Assembly: GCA_051047955.1 (NCBI GenBank)
Contig: JBPGPT010000006.1
Location: forward strand, 124,001-188,000
Length of the DNA: 64,000 nt
Direction of reading: 5' to 3'
Origin: Cystobasidiomycetes sp. EMM_F5
Taxonomy: Eukaryota
The notes beneath the pieces are model-generated. The model searched no databases, was not told the origin of the DNA, and worked only from the letters and a program-made list of their open reading frames with translations. A program made the position numbers and the translations under genes. This document shows, piece by piece, positions 41,108 to 53,199 of the stretch; the stretch's first letter is position 1, and every line of letters begins with the position of its first letter.

Positions 41108-44100
41108 TCACCAGTAGTGCATGGTTCGATGCGGCACCATCGCAGGTTCGCCAGCTGCCTTGCGCCGCTTACGCTCAATCATCCATCGCTCAAACCATGT
41201 AGCCATGTTTGAGCGAGATTTAGCAGATCCGACATTGACTGTAGGAATGAAGCGTGCGCAGTCCATAGACACCGCAAAGCAAGTCTGGAACGTAGCCTCG
41301 TAATTAGTAGCACAATAATGGTGAAGACCGTTAATAGTGAGACGCGACTTACCAATTCTGCAAAAGACGAGTGTTCAGAATACGGCACGCCGTACGCCTC
41401 GACCGTCTTTGTCGAGTCTTTTGTCGGCGTCATCCAAGATGGATTATACTTTCTCTGCAATTCTTTTCCGAGCATCTGAATAACACTGGGGTTCTTCAAT
41501 GTCAGAGCAAGGGATCCTTCCGGCTTGAACGTCCATCCAGTAGGCCGCAAGCCAATAATATTGCTGAAGTGGGGCTTGTACTGATCCAGATAGTCTGACA
41601 GAAGATCGACTTTGATCTGACCGAGCCATGTAACGTGGATTTGTGCCTCGAGCGGATTATCAGTCACCATAGACATGAGCTCCGGATCGTCTTGACATTC
41701 GAAAATTTCACGCTTCCGCTGATCGCAAAACACTTTCGCGTTGATAGCTCGAGCTACGCCTGAAATCGTGTCCGGTCATGTCAGCCGTGAGAAGCGATAA
41801 CGTGACGATCAGGAGGCGTTTTACCTTTCACAATACGCTCTTTACCGATAGAATATGTTCCTATGACTACCAATAATCGCTCCTTCGAAGGTTGCGGCTT
41901 CTCATCCCTGCCAACCAGGCTTGAACCCTCACCGTTGTTAGCATTGAGCGCAAGAAATGCTTTTTCCTCATCTTCCTCCTTTTTGGCTTTGTTCAGCCAA
42001 CCTCTCATCATCTCGCCCTGCCTGACGAGCATTGCGCCTCCTCCCGAACCTTTCATCAACGCATCTCTATCGCCACCAACCCGAGCTGCGATCAGCTCGG
42101 CACATGCATCCACAACTTGCTCTTGTGCCGGAAAGCAGTATTTTGGATTGAGATAAGTGGTATCGAGATAGCAGATATCGACCTTCTTGTCCTTCAGAGC
42201 GGGATGTAGTAGATGCGCAGGAGAGGCTCTGAAGTCGCCACAGTGCAGGTAGCGGAAGCGTTTTGAAGGTGTCTTCCGGTAGAGACTGTTTGGAGCTGTA
42301 TGGGGGCCCTCAAAGACAAAAATGCTCGAACCAGGGCAGCTGAAACCACGTCCATCAGAATCGATTTCGCTAATAGAATGCACCATCACTTACTGGTTGG
42401 CATCGATCAGGGTGCACTTGATGCCAGCAACTTCAAAAGGCTCGTCGAAAGGCATCGCATGCACATACTCGTCTTTGACGGCCAGCTTGTACTTGATGAG
42501 ATTGGCAGTACCGATCGAGCAGTATATCGGTCCGTGAGACCAAGACGCGGAGAGGTTTGTGTAGTGATCAGAATGTGCGTGTCTGCAAGGCGGACGGTTT
42601 TAGCTTCATATACATTACAGAGAAATGTTCGACTTACGAGAGAAAGTATGCATCGACATTGGGAATCTTGCCGTACTTGAAGGCATCGACCGCGATAGTC
42701 ATGCCGTCGAGCACTTTGTAAAACGGTGCTGGCCTGATAAAGCCTCGTCGTGACTGCGCAAAGTGAGATTAGCCTATGACAGGGAGCTTTACGTGTGCTA
42801 CTTTGCTCTTACCGCTGCCTTTTCGCTTTCTGCTGCATCAGCCCAGGCCTTGTCGAGATTGTTTCCGAGCATGATGGCGGTGAATGCATTCGGTCTGACG
42901 GTATCGGTCGTGATCTTGGAAGGCCCAGCAGCGGGAGACAGACTCCTTCGAATAGTTGAGAGGGGTTTTAAACCACCTCTATCACTGTCGCTTTCCGAGA
43001 GACGAGGTCTCTTTGGCGATCGCGCCTCTCCACCATCTTCCCTTTCCATGAGTTCAAGAATATCATCGTCTGATCCGCCGCGTTCCTCCCTCTCCGCCAA
43101 AGCTCGGAAAGACTCGTCTTCCTCTCCGTCGCCGTACATGCTCTCCATGTCCTCCATCCCGCCAAGCGATCCGGATCTCCTGCGATCAGCAAAGCGTTCT
43201 GAATCCTCCCAATCGTCATTATTGTCGTCGAATATATCATCGTCGTCGAATGTAATTGGTTCCATCTCGCCAGCTAGCGATGATCGCCGTGAAGGCTGCT
43301 TGAAGGTGTCGCCTGACAGCAGCTCTGCATCGTCCAAGTCGAAAACCTGTCCTGTCGGTGTTTGCCCTGTAGCTCTAGGAAGTGGTGACTGCCGTAACGG
43401 CTGCGTGAATGAATCGTCTTCCTCTAGCTCGTTCTCATCCAGATCAAAGTACATGGGTTCTGTCGAGAGCGCTTTCTTGTTGACAGACTGGTCCACTCTG
43501 GAGATAGGTATAGCTGGAGATGCTCGTTCTTGGGAAGGAGGATTGACAACGACCTGGAGCGGAACGACAGGGGATACGGCGCGAACGGTTTGCTGTCGCT
43601 TCGCTTTGGCCTCTCCTGTAGCAGAGCTGGCGAAGTTCTTGACCGACACACTAGCCTCGTGCTTGACTTTACTGGTGCTTGCCACTGGGAGTTCTTGGAT
43701 ATCATCGTCGGAATCCGACAGGATCTCGATAGTTGTTGTTGATGGTTTTGGAGTCACAGCCTTTGCACTACTTGGCTGCTTCTTGCGCTTGACTGGCGAT
43801 GATGTCGACTTCGCCAATTCCTTCGATGCCGTCTGAGCAGACTTGGCCTTGACGGCGCCATGTTTAGTAGTCTGCTTGGTAGAGCCAGGCGGTGTCGACG
43901 ATGTGCCCAGCGACAGCGACAGAGGCTGCAGCTTCCATCCTGCCTTGAGCTGTGAACCCGGTTTCCTGGCCATTACTACCACTTCGTCTCGCTGCTTCTC
44001 CTTGCCCTTGCCCTTGCCCTTGACATCCTTACTGCTGCCCTTGACGGGACTCTCGCTTCGCCGTTTACTGCTGCCGCTGCTCAGCTTCTGCGCCTTGACG

Positions 44101-44111
44101 GGCGACCTCAT
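41108..44111 (-). CDS. PSO2: DNA cross-link repair nuclease Pso2/SNM1 (metallo-beta-lactamase/beta-CASP)
   Basis: HAHSDHY, DAN|CPGS, YLHCGDFRA, YLDTTY, GTYSIGKE, VPYSEHSSF motifs; long disordered N-terminus. Confidence 0.93.
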
Positions 44112-44839
44112 TGCATGTTTGTTGGTTGGGCACAACGCGTACAGTGTGGCGGTTGTGCAGAAGACTGAACTCGAAAGCCGTCAACTTGTGTGCAAGTGCT
44201 CAATCATGTTTGCAGTCATGTTGGTATAGCATGATGGTCAACAACAAGCTCGTAGTCCGCGAGAGACCCGCTGACAGCCAGGTTGAAGCTGCTGATTTCA
44301 AAGAAGATCCGGCAAGTCATTGATCCGACGACCTCTGCAAAAGCTGGAACGTAGTACACACATTTAGACCACGAATCTGAGGGGACCTTTACATCATCAT
44401 CATCGCCATCATAACGATATCTTCCTGCTAACAAGCACTAACAAGCGCTGACGTGAATGGCTCGCGACCCCGTTAATGCAAATGAAAAGCCAACGTTAGC
44501 TGCGCGCATTACTGACATCCTGACAGCCCCTTGGCCACTAGAAGGAGGCTCAAGGGTCTGCCAGGCGAGCTTCAGTGCGCCTAGCGGTGGCGAAGCGGCC
44601 AGCCTCTCAACGCGAAGTCGACGCGCCGCATGAACAACAAGGAATAACAAACCCGCCATCAAGATTTAGCGCCCCCTGCGCCCAGGTATTTCATGCTGCC
44701 CGCTCTCTGCTCTCTCTCTCTTCTCTTTCTTCATCTCACACAGCAGCCTGAGAGCCAAATCACATTGTCCATCGAGCAATCCTTGCAACACCAATCCTAC
44801 ACTATATCACATCTCCGCACACACTCCGCTTATATTGAA

Positions 44840-45893
44840 ATGGAGTTCATCATGCTCGGATACGGTCTCTATCGCGCCTTCAAGTCTTTTCGGGCATATG
44901 CACGTGTGCCCACTGGCGCCTGCACCCCTATCTACAAGGAGGAGGGAGACTATCGCTATGGCCTACACATCGAGCCCCTGCTCCTGTCCATCAAGCTCCA
45001 CGACCTCGTAGGCAGACGGAGGTCAGCATTTGTGCAAGTTTGCCAACTCACACTAAGCTGACAGGTAATCATCACCAGGCACCAGCGATATATACACACA
45101 GAAGCTGGCTCTGAGACTATCGATACTGAAGAGAATCTTGAAAACGGTCACTACGATGAGGAGCTAGATTGCGGTGGTTGCACAACCGGTTAGTCTTTTT
45201 TTTAGCTTGCGGGACCGGACGGCAGCTAATGTGATTTCATACTCAGCGGATCATCTCTACGTCTTCCCAAACAGGTCCACCGAAAGTATCATCAGCCTGA
45301 GTGCTGAAGATCGCCGTGGTTTCAACGCTTGGGCAAGAAAGAAGGATTGGACACGCTTCGACACCGTGGTACTCGACTTCGGCCCTAAGCTGCCTCCGTC
45401 TGCACCTATCTCAAGCGCTGTCTCTCAGTGTGCCTCCGTTGACACCGATATTTCTCAGCCTAATTGCATCAACACCGCTATCTCTCAATCTGCAGCTCCC
45501 TGCACTCTTATGCATCAGACTGCCAGCCCTATCGAAATACCTCTCAAACTTGTCGACAGCGGTGTTAGTATGCCGGCACTGGTGGAACATGACGAGCCTG
45601 CCGACGATGCCGTCTCCGATGCTGGTTCCGATATTGGCTCTACTGACAATGAATCAATCGGTCCGGATGTGTCCTCTCTGTGCAACAGCCCACCCCGCAG
45701 CCGCGCTCCCTCCGTTGCTAGTGACATTCACCGTCCAGTATCCCCGTTCATGGTCTTTGGAACTATCGCACAGCCACACTCTCGCATTCCTCTGTCGGCA
45801 TTCGAGAAGAAGGAGAAGAGCGGTTTCGTATCCAAGGTCGGCCAGGTATGGGCAAAGACCAAGGAGGCCGCCCGCAAGGTCAAGTTAGCTTAG
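44840..45893 (+). CDS. Hypothetical protein (multi-exon)
   Basis: ORFs 44693-45061 and 45174-45893 with intron-like gaps; no recognised motif. Confidence 0.55.
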
Positions 45894-46083
45894 AGCCTAG
45901 TCCTGTCCTGTCCTGACGCGATACATGTTGTAAGAACTCCAGCCTGATCAGCAATGTAAAGCACTTTACCTATTCAGCATGCTTGCCCTCACTTTCGTGA
46001 ACAAACAATCGCCTACATTCCTGTGATACACAAAGAAGAACAGGCTCATAAAATTCGAGGCATCGCTCGCTAATAATCATAAT

Positions 46084-48111
46084 CTAGATCTGCGAGCACA
46101 GCAGGCGGTAGACGCAGCTCTCTACTGCCATTAAAGTTATTGTATCCATGACCAAGCGGTTCTGTGTGAAACATATGCATGAGTCCAGTATCTCATCAGA
46201 CCAAGGCGGTAGATACTTACCGGGCATCATTCGGAAAGTTGTGCCGTCCCTTTCCGCGACGAAGGTTGTCTCAAGTGTTTTCCTATTGAAGGTCACGACA
46301 TAATTCACATTGACTTCCAGAATATCTGGCGGAATCATTTCTGGTATGAGCTTTTCGATCATGTAGCTCGTCTCGCGCAAACGGCAGGGATATTTACCGT
46401 CATCGCCGACGCCATCTTCTGGCATCTTGAACCACTTCGGTCGCTTTACTTCCTGCCAGTGCAGAAACAATTTCTCTTCTATGCCAAGGTACGTATCTAG
46501 ATTCAGTGTCCGTGGTCGCTGCGAGGCATGCCAATGATCAGTGTCCCGGTCGGACTGAGGGCGTAATACGGAGGATTTGACATACCGACCGTTGATCAAA
46601 GTACTCTAGCAGCTCGCCGTCATATCGCATGACCACTGATATTTACGGAAGCCATACGTCAGAACAGGAGTCATATGCAGTGCGACCAACATGAGCCCGG
46701 AGATACAGGACTCACCGCTCCGATAGTGGTAATACTCTCTAGGTGCTGTGCACCTTGTTTCACGCTGATCACACCATCTGTGAAGTGGTCTTCCGTCTAG
46801 GTAATCGCCGTGTCGCAGCTAGAGATAGAAACTCATCAAGGTCATGTCAAGGATATGGAGATGCAGTAGTATCACCCACCTCTCGGACGGGAACAGCATA
46901 TTCTTTTGGATTGAAGTCGTTGACAGGCGCAAAGAGAGGTTCGCTCTTGATTGCGAATCTTGGGCTGAAGAGCAGAGCGATATCTCTTCTTCTCATATCG
47001 CTGGGGACGTAGTATGCTTTTTTGTTGTGAAAGACCACTTTGTTGCGTCCAAATTTGTCGGCTCCTAGTGCTCGTGGCAGAAGAATCCAATTGAGGTTCT
47101 TGAAGACATTGCTGTACAGTACGGAATACTCGAATTCGTCGGGTACGCCGTGTGGTAGCTTGTGTAGATGTTCTGGCGCGGAGAGTGGTGGGTACGATAA
47201 CCACACATTATCCATCTTGTCTGATAATCTGAAAGCGGTGAATTGACCTCGTAGGTAGATGTTTCCATAATCCCATTCCGAAATGGTTACAAAGTCGAAA
47301 AAGTCGACAGTCTTCCACGGCCATATCGCTCTGAAATCGCCAATGACTTGGTCTGTATCGATCCACGCCCACCATTCTGTGTGGATATGCTCGCGATAGA
47401 TCATACCTCTCCAAGGCTTGAATTCGACGTGAATCTTGTCCTCTCGCCTGGTCAAATGCGCATCGACATGGGCAACTTGCTCTGCCGAACATTCCCACTT
47501 CCCGCAGAAATAGTCACGTATCATTCTTTTATTCTCGTGGTCTGTTATACAGAGAGTGTTGATGTTGGATGCGCCTTCAACGATGCCTGATATGTCGAGA
47601 CATTCCTCGCTGTGTCGGAGTACGTTGATCCATAGTAAATCTACCGCATCTGCGTTATTGCGAGCGGATTTGAGCATGGGTGGCAGGTAAGTTGCCATTC
47701 TGTCGTCGGTCCTGGCGAGTTCATACAAGCTTTAGAGAGGTAGTCACAATGAACGTGAACACAGATCTCTCACCACATCGCAATCAGGGTTATTCGATCC
47801 TTCCGCATATCAAGCTGATTACCTGATGTACTGCTCCATGGCAGTGGACCATAGTTGTTGATCCTATCCTGAACAGCACTCGCCATCGCTTCTGCCGAAG
47901 CTGTCACATCGTCCTTGTATCCTGAAGTTGTGAGTGCCAGAATGAGGAGAACTGTCGACACGCAAATCACTGCAAACGACTTTTTCACGCGGTCCGTCAG
48001 CCTATTGAAGAACGACTGCTGGCCTGAGCGTGTCAGCCTGTCGGAATTTGCAGCCATCCACTGTGGTGAGCTGGAGAGGCTGCTGCTGGCAGAAGCGGAG
48101 AGGAAAGTCAT
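46084..48111 (-). CDS. Type II membrane protein, possible DXD glycosyltransferase-like
   Basis: N-terminal TM (FAVICVSTVLLILAL); WWAWIDTDQVIGDF DXD-type motif; ORFs 47770-48165, 46847-47728 and 46084-46599. Confidence 0.6.
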
Positions 48112-49044
48112 GGAGGTGCAGTCGATGCAGCAGAACAAAACAGACGCAGCCATGGTGCAGGACACTAAATCAACTCCGAGACCTGCGTGCGATATTGCGC
48201 TGAACGGCTTTCGAGTCTCGTCAATTTAGCGAGCGCGGTCATGAAGAGCTTGGAAGAAGTCTTGAAGAGCTTCAAAGGAGTTCTAAATGGACACTGCAGT
48301 CCCATCCATGTGCCCATGTTGCGGTATACTCATTTGAACATGCTTTGGTCATCTGTAAAGAATCTGCAGCACAAAACGCCTCAATCAGGCACCCTTACAT
48401 CGTACGCTGCCGGCTGACATGACTTACCCCAATCATTGCTGAGCGTCAAATTGGCTGGCCCTGAGCCATTATCCAAAGTTGTTTGATCGAAGCCAAATCC
48501 CCATCGACAGGAAGCATACATTTGCTTCGCCCAGTGCGCCTGAGCGGCATCGAGACCAGCAGTATGAGCTTATATTCTAAGGTTGTCCGAGCATGATGCG
48601 AGATACTGTTTGAATGGCTTGGCTTCCTCTGCTCCCAAGGTCTCCCAGTCTGTTTGCATGCAGAATGAATCCCTTTCTAACGTAGCGGCGCCGGTCCGAC
48701 TCTGACACCCAAACTGGGACTGTGCTGGCGCCATGGTCCTCAATTGCAGCACCCGTTCACTTTCGTATCCGTCCACACACCATCGAGGGCACAAAGCATT
48801 ACAGAATCAATCGGCAAGTGTGTCCCACGCAGACAATCCCGTCCACTTCCTCATCGTCTCCGTTTGGACGTCGAGACCCTACAGGCCGCCACTCACATCT
48901 GCACTGTAGCTTTGTGCATACAAACCGCAAAGCATAGTGAGTCATATTCAAATTATCGCATATCTTTTGCGGATCTTTGCTTACTAGTCGTACTAATTTG
49001 CGGCAAAGACTCGCCAAATTGTCATCATCTCGTTTTCAAGAGCT

Positions 49045-49808
49045 ATGGATTCGCAATCTCCGCCTGCAAGCGTCGTATCAAACGCTCGTACCGTCGATGA
49101 TGACAACAGCTTGTGCGGAGACGATACATCAAACGACCAGGAGTGTCAAGCTTGCATAGACGACGACGCACCTTGCGATGGCATCCCCCGCAAAAAGCTG
49201 GCGAATGGCCAAACCAAAGCAAGTCGCTGTAAACGATGTGCCAGAATGAGGTTGCGGTGTGGTCAGTTCTGGTCACTCCAATGCCTTTTAAGAAGCTAAC
49301 AGATCTCTCAGTTGCGCATGTCGAGTCCTCGTCAAGAAAGCGTACGCCCACTCGAGCCAATGGTAACGAAGACATTGCAAAGACGTGGGAAACACAGGAT
49401 GACGAGGATCGCCCTGCACTTCCCGCCGGATTCGTAAAGCAATGGTCAACGCAGGTCGACAATGCAGTCGCGGAGGTGAAGGCTTTGCGCAACATTTCCA
49501 CTACAGGGCTGGCACGACACATTGTCGACTATACAATTGACAGCATGATGAGTGAAGCAAATGCCATCAGCAGAGCCATCACCGACGCCAATGCCAAAGA
49601 CTGGCAGTCTGGCAACGACCGCGTAGCTTCGTTCAACATGCTCCTAAGGAGTCATCAGGACCCAGTGACACTCAACCTCGCTTTGAACCTCAAGATGCAG
49701 CTGATGGAGGCAGAGCTCGACAAGTCGCGGCGTGAAGCGGATATCCGAGACAAGGTCACAATATCGAGTGCGTTGGAGCGGGCGGAGAACAATGGAAGCG
49801 GGCCGTAG
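49045..49808 (+). CDS. Small protein with divergent Zn(II)2Cys6-like cluster (about 237 aa, intron 49262-49311)
   Basis: CQAC-x6-C-x17-CKRC-x6-C; a GT-AG intron with CTAAC branch point joins the two ORFs in frame. Confidence 0.65.
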
Positions 49809-50354
49809 CCCTGTAGTCCTGGCTGTGGTAGTTATTTGTACACGAATGCAAGCTGCTCGATTGCTTTTTGCTTGCAGGTCTGATGACTGACTGATCTGCA
49901 ATAGCGCAGGCCAGCTGGACAATCGCGCAGCCTGCGCTATTAGGAGTTGGTGCAAATGTGTATTTTGGTGCAAAAGTGCGTTTCCTCGACTGCTTCTAGA
50001 TTCAAACCTTCATTCAATGTAAGCTTTAGTTTGAGCAATACTTCTGTCGCCATATCCCTTTGCCTATCTGTTTGCGGTTCCCGTCCGGTATCCGGTGCAG
50101 AGTCGAGACCAGCGTTACGCGACGCTCGCTGTTGGAACAACTCGATGAAGCATGAGGAATGATTGCTGAACGACAGTATGACGCAATGACTATGCACACT
50201 GCTGAACTGGCAAGAGAACTGACTCGCTATGGAGCTTGCTAGCGACTAACCACTGACTGTAATAGTGAGTGCGTATCTCGGCAGAGTAGCCTGCAGTATG
50301 CTGAGTCGGGTGTCTGTATGCTTTGCTTGACAGTACAGTCCATCCCCTCGTCTG

Positions 50355-50630
50355 TCGGCTAGTCGGCTTAGCTGACTTCAAGCCATTCAATCAACCATCT
50401 TCACGAATGACAAGTCATTCAATCAAGGTCAGTACTAACAATCAAAGTCAATTAGCACAATCAATCAATCATGGCTGATACTGTCAATCACTTGACAGAC
50501 TCGATCCTGTCAATCAGTCTGGCAAGCAGAACAGCGGCTGTCAATCAAGATAGGCTTGATTGCTGGTGTCAGTGTGAGTGATGCCTAGGAGTGCAAGCGT
50601 TGAAAACATCGCTGATACTGTTGATTGTGA
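50355..50630 (+). repeat. Diverged repeat, copy 1 (hairpin plus intron-like unit 50428-50498)
   Basis: AGTCGGCTTAGCTGACT hairpin; GTCAGTACTAACAATC...GCTGATACTGTCAATCACTTGACAG; similarity to copy 2 continues downstream. Confidence 0.7.
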
Positions 50631-50949
50631 TGACAGCAATGATGACGGTCTGCAGTGCCGGACAGCCGTGGCATGCGGCAGGCGGTGGCTTTCTAGAAGT
50701 CATGGCAGAAGAGGCTGGATTGGCATTAGATGGGAGCCCGTAAAGCTAAGTAGATGATCTGTCTTGCTCAGAGGGCAGATACTGCTGAAGCACGGTTAAT
50801 CATGCTTCGCTTTGCATTCACAGCTGTCGACCGTCCAGACATGCAGTTGATGTGTCTCGCAGCACTAAGTAGCAGTCAACACTGGAGTCTACACAGCTGC
50901 AGTGGACTCTACTAGCTGCGGCTATGGCAGATGGAGCTCTCGATAGCCT

Positions 50950-51200
50950 GCTGGTAGTCAGCTTAGCTGACTTTCAAGTCAATCGGTCAATCATTCAGAG
51001 TGAGCACTGACAATCAGTCAGGTCAATCACAATCACCAATCAGTCAATGCTAATACTGTCAATTGATCACTCAGATCGACTGCCATCTATCAGTCTAACA
51101 AGCAGGTTGACCCCTGTCGACTACTGCAAGCATGGCTGACGGAAGTAAAGTGAGCGATGATGGACTCGGACGGTTGAATGCTTGTTACTGATGATGAAGT
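50950..51200 (+). repeat. Diverged repeat, copy 2 (hairpin plus intron-like unit 51000-51074)
   Basis: AGTCAGCTTAGCTGACT hairpin with perfect 7-bp arms; GTGAGCACTGACAATC...GCTAATACTGTCAATTGATCACTCAG. Confidence 0.75.
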
Positions 51201-51500
51201 GTGTTCTGGACAGTATACATTCCACTAGGTACTACTCACTTGACGACTAGCTTGTACACAGCTATCAGCAGAAGAAAGGAGCCGCACCGGACAGACAAGC
51301 AAGGGAAGCTGAGTAGACTGGGTCAACACGCTCGTTGAGCAATACTATCCATCAAGGCTGATTATATTTCTGCTCATATTTACAGTGACTTGATCATCAG
51401 CATCACGCCAGGGCATACGGCGCCGCGACAGCGAATCGATAGGATGGGTAGGCATCCTTTTGTAGATTGGCAAGACTGACTGGCTTGCGTGAATGCTAAA

Positions 51501-51608
51501 CGTTTGCAAGTGTTCAACGTTTGCGAATGGATATCGTATGCGAGGGTAGCCGTTTGCGAGGTCTGACCGTTTGCCTATGCTTATATTTGATCTGGCTGAC
51601 TCGTTTGC
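51501..51608. repeat. CGTTTGC heptamer array with about 17-bp period
   Basis: CGTTTGC at 51501, 51518, 51551, 51568 and 51602; CGTATGC at 51535. Confidence 0.8.
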
Positions 51609-52299
51609 ATTCCGTATCAAGGTATAGTCAAGACTGCATCTTAATCGCTTAATGATCCTCGCCTTGGTTGTCTACGATAGTCTGTCGTTTGCCAGCTGCA
51701 AACACCTCTGGTCGACGCACCTCGATGTTATCAGCAGTAAGTCGGGGGATTGCTGAGCAACAAAGCTGGCAGCTGATAACATGCGGGTGTGCAGTTCGCA
51801 TTCTTCAGCTGGCAGCCCTTGGAGAGGTTGGGCAAACGACTTGGAGGAGTAATCATGCTTTATTGTTGCTGAAGAATAATGCACAATGTAAATCTATGCC
51901 ATGTATGCACGACTGTATACGCCAGCTCTGAGGTGGCTCATTGCCTTTGAGTGTTTGAGACGGCTCTGTGCCGGTCTCCATTGCACAGCCGCATGGCACT
52001 TGAAGCTTGGATGCAGTACAACCCGTCACAGCATGACACGATGAATGCTGCAAACGACACGCATGATGAGCATGCCTTACGACAGCATGAATGGAGGGAC
52101 GGTTGGTTGCTGGAGCCTAAGGCGATATGCGCTGGCTTTGTGGGTGCGGTGCAATGCGTCGGTAGTCGATGCCGGTAGCTGGACACTGAGTTGGTTACCC
52201 TTTTGCTCATATACCGATGCAGCTGCCACGCTCTCTCTCCCTCTCGCATCCGCCTGCCTCACTCCGCTTCTTCTGACTGTCTTTGTCGAGTCTCTGGCC

Positions 52300-52410
52300 A
52301 ATGCTAGTCAATCAATCAGTACAGGTGAGCACTGACAATCAACCAAACAAGCAAGGCAGTCAATCAGTCAACGCTAATCCTGTCAATCATTCACACAGCT
52401 CGACTGCCAC
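52300..52410 (+). repeat. Diverged repeat, copy 3 (intron-like unit 52325-52398)
   Basis: GTGAGCACTGACAATC...CAATCAGTCAACGCTAATCCTGTCAATCATTCACACAG|CTCGACTGCCA, closely matching copy 2. Confidence 0.75.
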
Positions 52411-53199
52411 AAGCTGACTGCGACATCTGTCCATGCTAACCAGATCAAGACTGGAGCTGGCATCCATACGCAGCTGACGAGGGCTGTGCAGAAGGAAAGC
52501 TGAGTACAGCGTATAGCTGTCGTGTCGAATGGCTATGCTACCCTCAGCTGACTGTGCTTGGTCTTGTTTTGCAGCAATCTCTGAACGACTTGCTTGGTTG
52601 GTGGAAATGGGGGGCAGATGGGCAGGAGGCAAGCAGGCAAGCAGCAAATAGCAAATAGCCAAGCGGGCAGTAGGGTATGTCGCTTCATACTGCTCTCTGC
52701 ACAACCTCGGCTGACTCTGCTCAGTGTTCAAACAGACAACGTATCGGCAGTGTCGCACTGGTCACTAGCATGGGCTGTGGTGATTAGCCTGGAATGGCAA
52801 GCGAAAGGGATTCTGGGTATGCTGGATCAGTATTGATCCTTGATGGACTTTCGTGATTGCTCGCTGATTGTATAGACAACTTTCTCTCCAGTGCCGCATC
52901 CCGTCTGGTCAAGACAATGGGTCGACCGCAGCAAGAAAGCCTGAAGAGTATCGAATTGCAGAGTAAGCCGATGCAGTATTCAATCTATCTATCCAGTCTG
53001 ACAATCGTTCATTCTCCTGCAGGTCTTCTAGAACGATCAGGCAGCGGTGGTGGATGAACGAGGAAATGGACCAGCAGCTGGCACGGTAACTCTTTCTTGG
53101 TAGCTGGTTGTTGTATCGATTTCACCACGATGCATTCTATCTCGTCTATTGAATGGATTTGCCCGGACTGTCATACACTGCGATCGCTCCCTCCCTGCT

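Noticed and set aside
42763..43836. 357-aa plus-strand ORF
   Set aside because: Antisense to the low-complexity N-terminal exon of PSO2; no independent motif.
51501..51608. CRISPR-like repeat-spacer array
   Set aside because: A 7-nt repeat with 10-nt spacers is far too short, and the context is eukaryotic with no cas genes.
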